A model generated the notes under the pieces. That model was not told the DNA's origin and did not search any database. It saw nothing but the letters and a program-made list of their open reading frames with translations. Below, piece after piece: positions 1 to 10,492 of a stretch of 64,000 nucleotides of DNA. The DNA lies in IMG/VR virus record IMGVR_UViG_3300020413_000001. One strand, 5' to 3'. Numbering within the stretch: position 1 is the stretch's first letter; every line of letters starts with the position of its first letter. The stretch is from an uncultured virus (IMG/VR IMGVR_UViG_3300020413_000001). Lineage: Duplodnaviria > Heunggongvirae > Uroviricota > Caudoviricetes. The translations under genes were made by a program, and so were the position numbers.

Positions 1-1100
1 CCTTTATCTATATCTCCACCACCTGCGTTTCTAACAGCATCTGCAGTAAATACAAACTCATTTACACTTAATCTTGCAGGCACATCGTCTGCTTTTTCTT
101 TTGCACCAATAGGTACAAATCCACCTTCAGCTCTGTAATCTTTTTCCATACCACCTAGATCCATTAAACCTCCTTCGGCTCTTCCTACTCTTACACCGCC
201 TGATGGGTAGTTAAATCTGTTTGTTCCTGGAGGAGTTCCATAACCAGGTACACTAGTTAATCCGCCACCCGCCATCATCATAGGACCTTCTGGTTCTGTT
301 TGTACTGTTTGTGATTCAGTCATCGTCATTTCTTCTTCTTCTGGTCCCTGTTCCCCGGACGCTTGTTGAAGAACAAGTTGTTTAAATTCTGGATATGATA
401 AGTCACCACCTTGTGCTACGTATTTTTGATATTCTTGTCTTAAAAATTTTTCTGCTTCTGGTGGTAATTGTGGCCCTTCGGTTTCTACCATTTCTTCTGC
501 CTCTACCATTTCACCATTAGCATAACCTATTCTTCCGCCTTCAGCCGCATTCTGTGGTAAATAAAATCCTTCTTGTACAAAATTTTGATTAGGTAAAAAA
601 TTCATATAAGGATCTCTGTTTCTTGCCATCATCATTGCTGTGTATGGATCAATGTAAGACTCGTCAACCTCTTCTTCTATTTCTTCGTAGGGACCCATGC
701 CAAATGCTTTTTGTATAAATGGTGTTGCAACCGCAAGTCCACCTAAACCTATTGCTAAATTTTTACCACTAAAACCTTTTCCAGGAATCATGGATCCTAA
801 AAAAGAACCAAATTTATTGGTTTGAAAAATTCTATTACCACCAACATTTTCAAAACCACCTAAACCTAATCTAGAGAATAAACCTGCTTTACTAAATCCT
901 GCTTTACTAAATCCACCACCTAGTCCATATCCTAAGCCCCCTATTAAAGCAGCTTTACCTAATGGACTTTTAACAATTTTCTTTACACCACGAACAGCTT
1001 TTTTAACAAGTTTTCCTAAAAAATAACCTTGTCTTGGATCTTGTAAAGAACCTATTCCTGATTGTATTTGTTGTGGTTGTTGCATTCTAGATATTGCCAT
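1..1100 (-). CDS. Truncated duplicate of the 409-aa putative internal virion protein (full copy 61715..62944)
   Basis: Lies within the repeat; ATG at 1100. Confidence 0.9.
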   Translation of the reverse strand, partial: MAISRMQQPQQIQSGIGSLQDPRQGYFLGKLVKKAVRGVKKIVKSPLGKAALIGGLGYGLGGGFSKAGFSKAGLFSRLGLGGFENVGGNRIFQTNKFGSFLGSMIPGKGFSGKNLAIGLGGLAVATPFIQKAFGMGPYEEIEEEVDESYIDPYTAMMMARNRDPYMNFLPNQNFVQEGFYLPQNAAEGGRIGYANGEMVEAEEMVETEGPQLPPEAEKFLRQEYQKYVAQGGDLSYPEFKQLVLQQASGEQGPEEEEMTMTESQTVQTEPEGPMMMAGGGLTSVPGYGTPPGTNRFNYPSGGVRVGRAEGGLMDLGGMEKDYRAEGGFVPIGAKEKADDVPARLSVNEFVFTADAVRNAGGGDIDK

Positions 1101-1122
1101 AATTTTACCTTAATCCTTATGT

Positions 1123-1290
1123 TTACTTGGTTTTTGCTAACAAATCAAGAGGTGGCATTATAACTTTTACATCTTGAGCCATTTCTTCTTCTTTAAAACC
1201 TTTGTTTTCCCAGTCTTTTCTTTCCTTAAAAAGCTGACCAGTTTTTTTGTGTCTGTAAGTAGTTTCTACTTTAGCTTGTTTTATTTCCAT
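1123..1290 (-). CDS. Small hypothetical protein, 55 aa (MEIKQAKVET...LLAKTK)
   Basis: Translated by hand; ATG overlaps the upstream stop (TAATG). Confidence 0.7.
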   Translation of the reverse strand: MEIKQAKVETTYRHKKTGQLFKERKDWENKGFKEEEMAQDVKVIMPPLDLLAKTK

Positions 1291-1628
1291 TAGTCTGTTT
1301 TCTCCTTTAATATATTAAGATAGCTAATACCAAATACCACACCATCAGATACAGTGCCTGCTGTCGTGTATTCTAATGTTGTGCCACCTTCTACAATTAA
1401 AGGTAAAGTTAATATTTCTACACTTGTAGCAGCTACTAGTGTTTGTGTATTTACTATCTCAAATGCATTATTTTTAATAGTTACCGTAGGTGTATTAGAA
1501 CCTGATTTGTTTGTAACTCTTAAAGACTTTATAATAATAGTTTCATTAACACTAGGTGATAACAACGCTACTGTTTCAGCAGCTGTCGTTGTTTTACCGT
1601 AAAATTTATATTGGTTTACTACTGCCAT
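1290..1628 (-). CDS. Hypothetical beta-rich virion-associated protein, 112 aa
   Basis: ORF track; translationally coupled within the structural operon. Confidence 0.7.
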   Translation of the reverse strand: MAVVNQYKFYGKTTTAAETVALLSPSVNETIIIKSLRVTNKSGSNTPTVTIKNNAFEIVNTQTLVAATSVEILTLPLIVEGGTTLEYTTAGTVSDGVVFGISYLNILKEKTD

Positions 1629-1792
1629 TATTCTAAAAAGAAACTTTTAGCTTCTATTTCTTGTTTAACTTCATCTTGAAATGAAGAGTTTAATTTTGTT
1701 ATTACACCATCAAGATCTCTAACTAATGACTGTAAATTTTTTCTGCTATATTCTTCTTCAGCTCTAGTTAATGATTGTACAATTTTTGCCAT
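1628..1792 (-). CDS. Small coiled-coil protein, 54 aa (MAKIVQSLTR...SFFLE)
   Basis: Translated by hand; TAATG coupling at both ends. Confidence 0.7.
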   Translation of the reverse strand: MAKIVQSLTRAEEEYSRKNLQSLVRDLDGVITKLNSSFQDEVKQEIEAKSFFLE

Positions 1793-2832
1793 TATAAACT
1801 TGCTAGTCCTCCGTATTTAAAAGTATCCGCACCTAAATCGTCCATTTTGCCTGAACCACCATAAGGATTAGCTCCTCTAAATTCTGCTCCGCCTCTAAAG
1901 TCTCCTCCACTGGTACCATCTGAACCCCCTAATGGAGTACTTTGTGCTATTTTTATATCTCTTTGTCTTTGAGCTGCCGCTTCTTCTTGTTTTGCTTTTT
2001 GTTCTGCAGCAAATTTTTCTTGTGCTTTATTTGTTTTATACATTGTAGAAGCTTCTAACATTTGTTTATATTTAAACTGTTTTCTTGGGTCTGCTTTTGT
2101 TTTAGCTATTAAATCTGTTATTTCTTCTTCAGTCATCATAGTTCCATCTGGTTTTGTAAATTCTTTATTGTAAATATCTATCTGACCTTCAAGATAACCT
2201 TTACCTGTAAAGTTTTTACCTGTTAAAGTTTTTACGCCACCAGGGCCATCAAACAACATACCTTGACCTGCTAACATATTGTATTGACCTTTCTGAATAT
2301 TATCCATTCCACCTATTCTGTAATTAGGTTGACCTACTCTAGGATCATTTAAACCTTTTTCTATTTTGTTACGGATAAAACTACCGCCTGGTAAAAAACT
2401 TAACGCAAAATTAGCAAACCCCGGCAGTTCTTTATTTTTACCTGTCGTCATTTGGTACGCAGTCATAAAGTCATCACCTTCATAATTAGGATCCATGTCA
2501 TACATAAAATTACGAGGAATACCGGATTGTTGAATATTACCATCAAGTCCTCCAAAATAACTTGGATCACCGTAGCTACCTAAAGCTACAGGAGAAACCG
2601 CATTACCATATCCAAAAACATTTCCGCCTGTTGGGTTATAATTATTTTTATTGTTAGCAAAATTCATAAAAGAATTGGTCGCAGTAATACCTGGACTACT
2701 TATTGCTGATGCATTATTAGAAAAATTAAAAGGAGTAGAGTCATTATAATTTAAAAGATACTTGTCCATAGGCATAAACCTTTTACCTGCATCATATCTT
2801 TCCTTATCAACTCCAGTATAAAACAATGACAT
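1792..2832 (-). CDS. Putative internal virion protein, 346 aa, ending FKYGGLASL
   Basis: Gly/Asn/Met-rich; sits between the gp10-like gene and ejection genes. Confidence 0.55.
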   Translation of the reverse strand: MSLFYTGVDKERYDAGKRFMPMDKYLLNYNDSTPFNFSNNASAISSPGITATNSFMNFANNKNNYNPTGGNVFGYGNAVSPVALGSYGDPSYFGGLDGNIQQSGIPRNFMYDMDPNYEGDDFMTAYQMTTGKNKELPGFANFALSFLPGGSFIRNKIEKGLNDPRVGQPNYRIGGMDNIQKGQYNMLAGQGMLFDGPGGVKTLTGKNFTGKGYLEGQIDIYNKEFTKPDGTMMTEEEITDLIAKTKADPRKQFKYKQMLEASTMYKTNKAQEKFAAEQKAKQEEAAAQRQRDIKIAQSTPLGGSDGTSGGDFRGGAEFRGANPYGGSGKMDDLGADTFKYGGLASL

Positions 2833-5018
2833 TATCTTCTTCCTCCAGGATGTATATCTAATCTAAATGTACCTAACTTCCAGTCTTGACTTGCTGCAGT
2901 ATTAGATACTTTTAACGCTATAGATCTCGCCCGTAATCTTGTATCTTTTTTTGTTGTAGATGATGTTATATCAAAATTTGAAGTAGTTGAAGAACTATTT
3001 GGATAAGTTCTGGTTACAAAACTTACTCTAGTAGACCCTGTTTGTGTGATAAAATCTGGTATAAATCTACTAATTCTCATTATAAATTCACCATCTCCTC
3101 TAAGATCCGGCATTCCTACTGTTTGTCCTGTGTTACTTCTACGTTGGGTAATATCAAAATCACCAGAAGTAATTGAACCAAGAATAGCGGTTGTTACTCC
3201 GCCGGCATCTACCTGGTCGGTCCCTGTTTCTTGTTGATAGTATATTGTACATCCATCTGTATTACCAATAACATCATAAGAAGTATTACTATCCGGGTTA
3301 TAATAAGTTGCATGTGGTTTATCAAATACTGCTGAATCTTGCCATGCTGCACGAGCTAAACTTCCTGTTGTCCATATAGGACGTTTAGGACTAGAATCTA
3401 AATAGTTGTATGTTACCATTCTATTAACAACATTTGATCCTGATGTGCAATAGAACCAAGTTACTTCTCCAAACAAATTATTTAAACCGACATTTATTAA
3501 ATCTCTGGATGTAAAATTTATGTCATCATAAACATAGTCTTCGACTAAACAAGGTATAGATTTTAATTGACCATCATAAGTAAAGAACCCATTCTCAGAC
3601 ATCCAATAAGCTGCACCATCAACCTCTATACATGCATTTTTACCGATCAGTCCACAGTTAGTTCCAACTTGTTCAAAAGAAAAAGTAAATGGCTGGCCTA
3701 CAAATTTCATAAGAAACAATGCGGTATCTGTCCAAACATAAATTGCATCTCTACCTTTAATAGCCCCCATAATTCTAGAACCATCTGCCAGTCTTTGTGT
3801 ACCAGCGGTGTTATTTGCTTTGACTGTGTAAGAATCTGTTTGGTCAATACTTTCCTGAGAAGAAAATCTTATAAACATATCGTCTTGTGTGGAGCTAGAT
3901 CCAACGGTTGTTTCTGTTCCAAAAAATACTAAGTGTCGGTCCGGTGTAGATACCAATACGTGACGCGAGGCTGTTGGTGCGTTGGGTAATAAAGTTGCTC
4001 TAATTGATGTTGCGTTTGAAGGAGAAGCATCCCATTCAAAACATGCACCATTATATATAAGGGCAATTAATTTTGTTCCATAATTATCTAAAATCCATAG
4101 ACCTGGATCGATTGTAAAGTCAGAAGAAGAAGCTTCTCCCCATGCTACATAATCAGAAATGTTAGTTACTGTTGCTCCAGCAGTATGGGCTGCTCTTGTA
4201 GTTCCATTAACTGCTCGTGCTCCTCCACTTAAGGTCCCTGTTCCCGTGTCATTGTTTGTAAAACTTATGTCTTCCGATCCAATTCTAATTTCTCCTGAAG
4301 CAGGAAATGCTGAAGTGTTTGCTAATACCACAGTCGTAGTGGCATCATCTGGAAGCGTTGTTGATAATGTAGAAGTTGCTGGTCCATTAGCTGTACCACC
4401 CCATAATGCTGTACCCCAACCAAAGCCACCTAATTGTTGAGAAGGTCCCACATTATAATAACATAAAACCGAAGTGCTATTACCATCACTTGTAGTTAAC
4501 GGTGTCCCTGTTTCTTGAGCAGCCATTGTAATTGTAAAAGTAGTGGCTGTTGGAACAGAAGAGACCATATATTTTATGTCTTCAAAAGTTGCATTACTGT
4601 AAGTTGATCCTGCCGGTACTCCGGTCACACTGTCAAACAAAACAATATCATCTTCTAATAAACCATGGGCCCCGGTGCATACTACTGTAACTGTTGTTGA
4701 TGAAGATGAACTTGTAAATTTTGCACCTGTTAAAGTGGTTCTTATAGGGTGAATGTCATAATACGTACCACCTGAATATACGTATAAAATTTTATTAGTT
4801 CCAATAGCGGCATATTTAATACCGGCATTGTTATCCCAATGATGTAAGGCCCTTCCCGCACCTGTTAATTTATCTTGTCCTAATTGAGACCAACCACCTA
4901 TTTTTTCTGGAGTTCCGTATCTAAAACGTACGTTGTCACCATCAAACCATTGCCCTTCAGCTCCGGTTTCTGTAACTTGTTTATTAAATCCTGGGGCAAA
5001 ACCTAGTTTTTGTAGCAT
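2832..5018 (-). CDS. Tail tubular/nozzle protein (P22 gp10-like packaged-DNA stabilisation protein), 728 aa
   Basis: N-terminal 'WFDGDNVRFRYG.PEKIGGW', propeller-like C-half ('FIRFSSQE', 'VGTNCGLIG', 'YWMSENGFF') and terminal 'GTFRLDIHPGGRR' typical of podovirus stabilisation proteins. Confidence 0.7.
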   Translation of the reverse strand: MLQKLGFAPGFNKQVTETGAEGQWFDGDNVRFRYGTPEKIGGWSQLGQDKLTGAGRALHHWDNNAGIKYAAIGTNKILYVYSGGTYYDIHPIRTTLTGAKFTSSSSSTTVTVVCTGAHGLLEDDIVLFDSVTGVPAGSTYSNATFEDIKYMVSSVPTATTFTITMAAQETGTPLTTSDGNSTSVLCYYNVGPSQQLGGFGWGTALWGGTANGPATSTLSTTLPDDATTTVVLANTSAFPASGEIRIGSEDISFTNNDTGTGTLSGGARAVNGTTRAAHTAGATVTNISDYVAWGEASSSDFTIDPGLWILDNYGTKLIALIYNGACFEWDASPSNATSIRATLLPNAPTASRHVLVSTPDRHLVFFGTETTVGSSSTQDDMFIRFSSQESIDQTDSYTVKANNTAGTQRLADGSRIMGAIKGRDAIYVWTDTALFLMKFVGQPFTFSFEQVGTNCGLIGKNACIEVDGAAYWMSENGFFTYDGQLKSIPCLVEDYVYDDINFTSRDLINVGLNNLFGEVTWFYCTSGSNVVNRMVTYNYLDSSPKRPIWTTGSLARAAWQDSAVFDKPHATYYNPDSNTSYDVIGNTDGCTIYYQQETGTDQVDAGGVTTAILGSITSGDFDITQRRSNTGQTVGMPDLRGDGEFIMRISRFIPDFITQTGSTRVSFVTRTYPNSSSTTSNFDITSSTTKKDTRLRARSIALKVSNTAASQDWKLGTFRLDIHPGGRR

Positions 5019-5062
5019 ATAAAATCCTGTTTATTAGCTATTATATTAGATTATAGAGTAAT

Positions 5063-5620
5063 TCAATCTATTTTTAAAGTATCATTATCATAATTTTCAT
5101 CTATGTCGTCAAAGTCTAAGTTAAAAGATACAATAATTTTCTCGACATCTTCAGTTATTTTAGGTGATCTATGAATTACAAAACTAGGAAATATAACTAT
5201 GTCCCCTTCTTTAGCATCTATTTCAAATATTTTTTGTTTATTAATTAACTGTGTTTTAGTAGCACCTTTTGGAAACTGTAAATAATATACACCTGTATAA
5301 TTATTACTATGAACATGCCAGTTGTGCACCCCGTGTTTTTTATATTTTTGAAACCATAGGTTTCTAATGTATGTTTTATTTAAATTTAAATGTTTTATAC
5401 ATTTTAAAAAATGCCTTTGTAAAAAAGGCATAATAAATTTTGTCCACTCTCTTTCCATATTTGCGCTTTCTTTCCAATCTAAATAATCAATCTTGTCGTT
5501 AGGATTACTATCAAAATCATTTTTTGATTTATTTATAAGCATTAATAGTCTGTCTTTAATTGAATGATGATGTTCAAATTTATCTTGAAAACCATACGAT
5601 TCTAATTTTATTTTTAACAT
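5063..5620 (-). CDS. 2OG-Fe(II) oxygenase-like protein (HxH type)
   Basis: WHVH...GVYYL...GDIVIFPSFVIHRS...IVSFN. Confidence 0.75.
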   Translation of the reverse strand: MLKIKLESYGFQDKFEHHHSIKDRLLMLINKSKNDFDSNPNDKIDYLDWKESANMEREWTKFIMPFLQRHFLKCIKHLNLNKTYIRNLWFQKYKKHGVHNWHVHSNNYTGVYYLQFPKGATKTQLINKQKIFEIDAKEGDIVIFPSFVIHRSPKITEDVEKIIVSFNLDFDDIDENYDNDTLKID

Positions 5621-5621
5621 A

Positions 5622-6104
5622 TTATAAATAATTAAAATTTATTACAATTCTTCGATCTTTATCTGTTTGACTTACTGCTGCATGGGGTGTTTTAGTGTCA
5701 ATAATTAATAGTTTATTTTCTTCTGCTTTTATTTTAATCTTATTTTTTAACAAGGTATGACCATTGTTTGTGTTCACATATAATAACGCTGTTTTACAAT
5801 AAAATGGTTTGTCTACATGAAACTCGGATTGAATATGTTTTTTAGTTTTAAAAAGTAAATTAGCTCTTACCTCGGACACCATATTAACTTTAAGTTTTTG
5901 TATAATAGAAACAATATAATCTTCATAAAAAATAGAGTTAGGCTTATTGTTATAAAAAAAATTATGGCTCATAAAATATCCATCATCTTTAGTTTGATGA
6001 GGTTGAAAAAACCATGGAAAGGTATTAGAAAATATTAAATCTTGTAAAGATTTAAATTGTTCTTTTGGTAAAAAGTTTTTTATTTCTTTATATTTATATT
6101 CCAT
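5622..6104 (-). CDS. 2OG-Fe(II) oxygenase
   Basis: FHVD...TALLYVNTNNG...PHAA...RIVINFNY. Confidence 0.8.
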   Translation of the reverse strand: MEYKYKEIKNFLPKEQFKSLQDLIFSNTFPWFFQPHQTKDDGYFMSHNFFYNNKPNSIFYEDYIVSIIQKLKVNMVSEVRANLLFKTKKHIQSEFHVDKPFYCKTALLYVNTNNGHTLLKNKIKIKAEENKLLIIDTKTPHAAVSQTDKDRRIVINFNYL

Positions 6105-6418
6105 TCTAAAGCACCAACAATTTCATTTAAATTAATTTCTTGTAATTTATGTGCTATAATAAAATTATGTAATTCTACAGCCTCTACCACAACCCATTTA
6201 TCTAATTGTTCAAAAACAATTTTATCTGCTTTAGATCTAGTAGTAAGTGGTTTTACATTTCTTCCATTTATATCCATGCTATATGGTCTGACGTCATATT
6301 TTAATTTTTGATTTAATCTATTTTTTAATATACCGGACACATCCCAAATTTCTTTTTCTTTTTGTTTTTTAGTAGCAAATTTTACATTGCTTAAATGTTT
6401 ATCTATAAAATCTTTCAT
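6080..6418 (-). CDS. Hypothetical protein, 112 aa
   Basis: ORF track; overlaps neighbours in the oxygenase island. Confidence 0.6.
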   Translation of the reverse strand: MKDFIDKHLSNVKFATKKQKEKEIWDVSGILKNRLNQKLKYDVRPYSMDINGRNVKPLTTRSKADKIVFEQLDKWVVVEAVELHNFIIAHKLQEINLNEIVGALEWNINIKK

Positions 6419-7002
6419 ATTTTAAAGTCAAAGTTTATAATAGTTCTTTCGTTATAATCAACAGGACAGTTTCCAGAATGGTATATATCGCCATCAAAAT
6501 ATATAGCTCTTCCTTTTTTAGGTGATACTCTTTTATACTCCTCCGCTTCTGTATCTAAATATATATCTTTTGTAAGTTTATTTTTAAAAAATACTGTGTC
6601 TCCATCAGAGTCGTCTACATAATACAATAAGGTTTTGTATGGTAAGTGGTCTTTAACATCTATGTGTGGAACATTGTATTTTTCTATAGAATGATTTTTA
6701 ATTTTAAATGTTTTTCTTATTCGGATTCTTATCATGTCTTTTATTTTTACTTTTTCTCTAACAACAAAAAAATTTAATATTGTTGAAAATAAATCATAGT
6801 CATCAGAGTTTATACCATTCTCATTAAATAAGGTATGAACAAAAGCAAAAGTTTTTGTTATGTTTGGATTAATAAATTTTTTATTATCTTGCCCATAAAT
6901 TATATCATTAAAATAAAACCAAGAAAAATTTTCATTCTTTAATCTTTCTATAAACTTATTTTGAATAGACACTGGCACAAGATTATCTAATGTTTTTATC
7001 AT
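6415..7002 (-). CDS. 2OG-Fe(II) oxygenase
   Basis: PHID...LLYYVDDSDGDTVFF...PKKGRAIYFDG..YHSG...RTIINF. Confidence 0.82.
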   Translation of the reverse strand: MIKTLDNLVPVSIQNKFIERLKNENFSWFYFNDIIYGQDNKKFINPNITKTFAFVHTLFNENGINSDDYDLFSTILNFFVVREKVKIKDMIRIRIRKTFKIKNHSIEKYNVPHIDVKDHLPYKTLLYYVDDSDGDTVFFKNKLTKDIYLDTEAEEYKRVSPKKGRAIYFDGDIYHSGNCPVDYNERTIINFDFKI

Positions 7003-7604
7003 GGTTTATAATTTGTAATATTATAGGGGTATCCAAGGTGTGGTCTGTTATCAAATAAATTTTTATCCCAACCTTTAGTTGCTTTGTTATTATAATGTAA
7101 AAACACCTGCCCACACATATAACCATCAAAAGGTTTTCTCCAATGAGGTAATTCTATTCCTCTATATATAAGTAAATCCCCTGGATTTAATTTAACTTTT
7201 ACTTCTTTTTTATTTGCATCCTCTAAATATATGGGCCAAAGGTCTCCACCTAAATTTAAAGTTGCAGATATTTCACAACTAAATCTATCTTTATGTTTTT
7301 TTAATTCATCTCCATTTTTATATAATCTTGTATATGTGTAAGTAGGAGCTAATTTTAATTTTGTTTTTTTTTCAAGTTTACCATGTATAATTGTTAACAA
7401 AGTTTCCATAGCAATATCTGAATAACAAGAATAAGTTCCAGGAGCTTGTGGGTCCCCATCTGTTCCTAATAATCTTACATCTCCCCCTAGTCTTTTTAAA
7501 GTATAAAAAGTTTGTTTTTTCATTCTTAAATAATTAAAAACAAAATCAGCAAGTTCTTTGCTAATCATATTTTTACACACTTGATATTTATTTTTATTAA
7601 ACAT
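6999..7604 (-). CDS. 2OG-Fe(II) oxygenase
   Basis: RLYKNGDELKKHKDRFSCEIS...GDLLIYRG..LPHWR. Confidence 0.82.
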   Translation of the reverse strand: MFNKNKYQVCKNMISKELADFVFNYLRMKKQTFYTLKRLGGDVRLLGTDGDPQAPGTYSCYSDIAMETLLTIIHGKLEKKTKLKLAPTYTYTRLYKNGDELKKHKDRFSCEISATLNLGGDLWPIYLEDANKKEVKVKLNPGDLLIYRGIELPHWRKPFDGYMCGQVFLHYNNKATKGWDKNLFDNRPHLGYPYNITNYKP

Positions 7605-8217
7605 ATGGTGGTCCTAACGCCCAATTAACTAAACTGTATCTTATACCTTTTTTTATAGGAGTAACTCGATGCCATACAAAAGAAGGGAAAATTATAACAC
7701 TCCCTTGTTTTAATATCTTACCTTTTTCTAGTTTTAATTTTGTGTCATCGACAGTACCGTTACATAATTTATTAGTAAAACCTATTTCAAAATCTCCTCC
7801 TTCATAAGATTGTGGATCGTTTAACAATACACTACAAGAAATTTTTCTTATTTTATTATTGTATTGAGGAAACACATGATCTACATATGGTGCATCCCAT
7901 TGATCTGTATGCCAATTATAATATTGTTTTGGTTTATATTCTGTAAATTGAATACTCTCATTCCAATTTATATCAAAGTTCCAACCTGCATTTTTATTAG
8001 CTAGGTTTACAAAATAATTTATTTTTTCATATATGTCTGGATCTTGAACCCACCTAACATTAGAGTCCCTAGTTTTTTTATTTAATTCAGTTTGATTATC
8101 TGTGCCTCCAACTTTCCCTTTTTTGGATTCAAATTTTTTAATATTTTTAATAATATTATTACAAGTTTTTTTATCAAACCCGTCTGTAAAAAACCAAACA
8201 TTATGTTTTAAATTCAT
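7597..8217 (-). CDS. 2OG-Fe(II) oxygenase, prolyl-4-hydroxylase/PKHD-like
   Basis: YNWHTD...RKISCSVLLND...YEGGDF...FPSFVWHRVTPIKKGIRYSLVNW. Confidence 0.88.
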   Translation of the reverse strand: MNLKHNVWFFTDGFDKKTCNNIIKNIKKFESKKGKVGGTDNQTELNKKTRDSNVRWVQDPDIYEKINYFVNLANKNAGWNFDINWNESIQFTEYKPKQYYNWHTDQWDAPYVDHVFPQYNNKIRKISCSVLLNDPQSYEGGDFEIGFTNKLCNGTVDDTKLKLEKGKILKQGSVIIFPSFVWHRVTPIKKGIRYSLVNWALGPPYV

Positions 8218-9890
8218 TCTGTATACAACCTTTCAATATCTGCAAAATATAAATAATCTATATCAGAATTTTCAAAAGTATCTATAGCATCTTCTGGAGT
8301 TTCAACTAAAGCATCGCCTGCTAAATTAAACGACGTGTTCATTAATATTGGCACCCCTGTTTTTTTATTAAATAGTTTTAATATGTTATATAATACGGGG
8401 TTTTGTTTTTCATTAACTGTTTGTATTCTGCAAGTATTATCTACATGTATTACAGCAGGTATTTTTTCTTTAACTCCTTTTAATGCTTCAACAGCATACA
8501 ACATGTAAGGTGAGCTTTTTAATCCTGCCATGTCAAACCATTTGTGTGCTTCTTCCTCTAGGATGGATGCACCAAAAGGTCTAAACCATTCTCTTTGTTT
8601 AACCTTATTCATTATATCTTTACCATTTTTAATTCTGGGATCTAGTAGCAAAGATCGATTTCCTAAAGCTCTAGGACCTGCTTCTGCCCTACCTTGATAT
8701 AAACCAACAATTTTTTGATTAGTTAAATGTTTAACTACAGTTTCTATTTTATCATTGCCTTTGTCGATTGTGTATTTAGGCTGTGGCCCTAAATAAATAT
8801 TATCCCAATTATTATTTCCACACGCTTGACTATAGACTATAGCAGCTCCTATGCTATTACCTTCATCACCACATAAAGGATCGATATAGAGATTAATATC
8901 TTTAGGTAAAGCTTTTCTGAGTCTATAATTAAAAACTACATTTAACCCACATCCGCCTGTTATAATAATATTTTTGTGATTAGTTATACATTTATCTAAT
9001 GCTTCTACCATTTCTCTTTCAAATTTTTTTTGTGTTTCATAAGCCATATCATAATGAATTTGTTTTAGACCAAGTTTTCTGTGATAGTAAAGTTTAGGAA
9101 ATTTTTCCATATTAAGTGTAAAATTAATATTTTTACTATATTCATCTTTATAAAAGAACAGATCCTCGTCACATAAAATTTTTTCTACTTCTTTATTTGG
9201 TTTTCCGTAAGACTGTAATCCCATTAATTTTCCTTCATCACATGTTCTAAATCCTAAATAATTTGTTATTCTACTATAAAAAGCTCCAGCAGATGGTTTA
9301 TGGTCTACATCAAATTTTGTGCCATCAGTAATAGATATAGGTTTAGATTTAAAATCAAAGCCATACACTTCTTGTGGTTTTACTTTTGCGTTGTGACCTT
9401 TTCTTGTTGTTACAAGTTTTTTATATAAAGTGTCTATTCCAACCGTATTAGATTGTTTGTTTACACCACAATTATAAACAGAAATTGTTTCAAAAGCTTG
9501 CTCTCCATTATCTAAAATATAATTAGAGCCTCTGCCATCAGCAACTAAAATTAATGTTTTTTCCATTTTTGATGCAAAGAAAGCACGAACTGCGTGAGTG
9601 TAGTGATGAGATTTATAATAATGATACACATCATGATACGGAGAAACTATTAAACCTATCTTTTTCATATACCCGTAGATAGGATGAGCATCAAAAGTAT
9701 TATAACCAGTTGCTATTACCTTATCTATTTTTATATTTAATTTTTTTATTTCATTTAATAAATGATATGGAAAAAAACTATCGTTTTTTATTTTAGATAA
9801 TCGTTCTTCTTGATTATAATAAACTAATTTATTATCACAAAATAAAGCTACGGATGCATTATGGTTTTTTTGTAATCCTAATATATTCAT
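8214..9890 (-). CDS. Carbamoyltransferase, NodU/CmcH/TobZ family
   Basis: QEERLSKIK, HHYTHA, ADGRG, EGKLMGL.SYG, GGCGLN, GDEG.SIGAA, EAGPRALGNRS, REWFRPF, HVDNTCRIQTV, NTSFN. Confidence 0.93.
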   Translation of the reverse strand: MNILGLQKNHNASVALFCDNKLVYYNQEERLSKIKNDSFFPYHLLNEIKKLNIKIDKVIATGYNTFDAHPIYGYMKKIGLIVSPYHDVYHYYKSHHYTHAVRAFFASKMEKTLILVADGRGSNYILDNGEQAFETISVYNCGVNKQSNTVGIDTLYKKLVTTRKGHNAKVKPQEVYGFDFKSKPISITDGTKFDVDHKPSAGAFYSRITNYLGFRTCDEGKLMGLQSYGKPNKEVEKILCDEDLFFYKDEYSKNINFTLNMEKFPKLYYHRKLGLKQIHYDMAYETQKKFEREMVEALDKCITNHKNIIITGGCGLNVVFNYRLRKALPKDINLYIDPLCGDEGNSIGAAIVYSQACGNNNWDNIYLGPQPKYTIDKGNDKIETVVKHLTNQKIVGLYQGRAEAGPRALGNRSLLLDPRIKNGKDIMNKVKQREWFRPFGASILEEEAHKWFDMAGLKSSPYMLYAVEALKGVKEKIPAVIHVDNTCRIQTVNEKQNPVLYNILKLFNKKTGVPILMNTSFNLAGDALVETPEDAIDTFENSDIDYLYFADIERLYTE

Positions 9891-10492
9891 ATTTTTAATT
9901 CTGTTAAAGTTTCTTTAGAACCAAAGTCTCCTTTTGCAAAAACATTAAAAGCTAAACTTATTCTTTTACCATAAGTTTTTTCAACATTGCCAACTTCATG
10001 CATTAATGAAGAAGGAAACAATATAATTTTATTTGTTTCAGCGGGGAGCCACCATGTGTCTGCATTATATAGATTAAACTCTAAAGGGTATATCTTTATT
10101 TGATCGTAAACATTTTTTTTAAACCTAATATAATCAAATTTTGGATCTGCATTTATATAATAAACTCCAGATATAATAGAGTTAGGATGAAAGTGTGGAT
10201 AGTGTATTTGTTTTTCACCAGTGTAATTTAACCAAGATTGGGTTATATAAAATTTTAAATTTTTACTTGGTTTTATTATTCCATTAACGTATTCTTGAAT
10301 AAAAGAATTAATTTGTTTTTTTAAATTTTTAAAAGGTTTTTGTTCTAAGATATAAGTATTTTTACTTTGTAAAATTTTAAACTCCCAATCTGGTTTTGTT
10401 TCATATGCATAAATTTTTTGTAAAGTAGTTTTAGATAACGGCTCTAAATATTTTTCGCATACAGGGGTTGGAAATAAATTAATTATATTCAT
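9887..10492 (-). CDS. Putative 2OG-Fe(II) oxygenase (TIGR02466-like)
   Basis: SWLN...HFHPNSIISGVYY...LFPSSLMHEV...RISLAFN. Confidence 0.85.
   Translation of the reverse strand: MNIINLFPTPVCEKYLEPLSKTTLQKIYAYETKPDWEFKILQSKNTYILEQKPFKNLKKQINSFIQEYVNGIIKPSKNLKFYITQSWLNYTGEKQIHYPHFHPNSIISGVYYINADPKFDYIRFKKNVYDQIKIYPLEFNLYNADTWWLPAETNKIILFPSSLMHEVGNVEKTYGKRISLAFNVFAKGDFGSKETLTELKI

Larger units (their letters stand above)
1..2156. repeat. Direct repeat, copy 1 (same as 61845-64000); genome circularity overlap
   Basis: Both ends match at offset 61,844; ORF 1290..1628 is duplicated at 63134..63472. Confidence 0.97.
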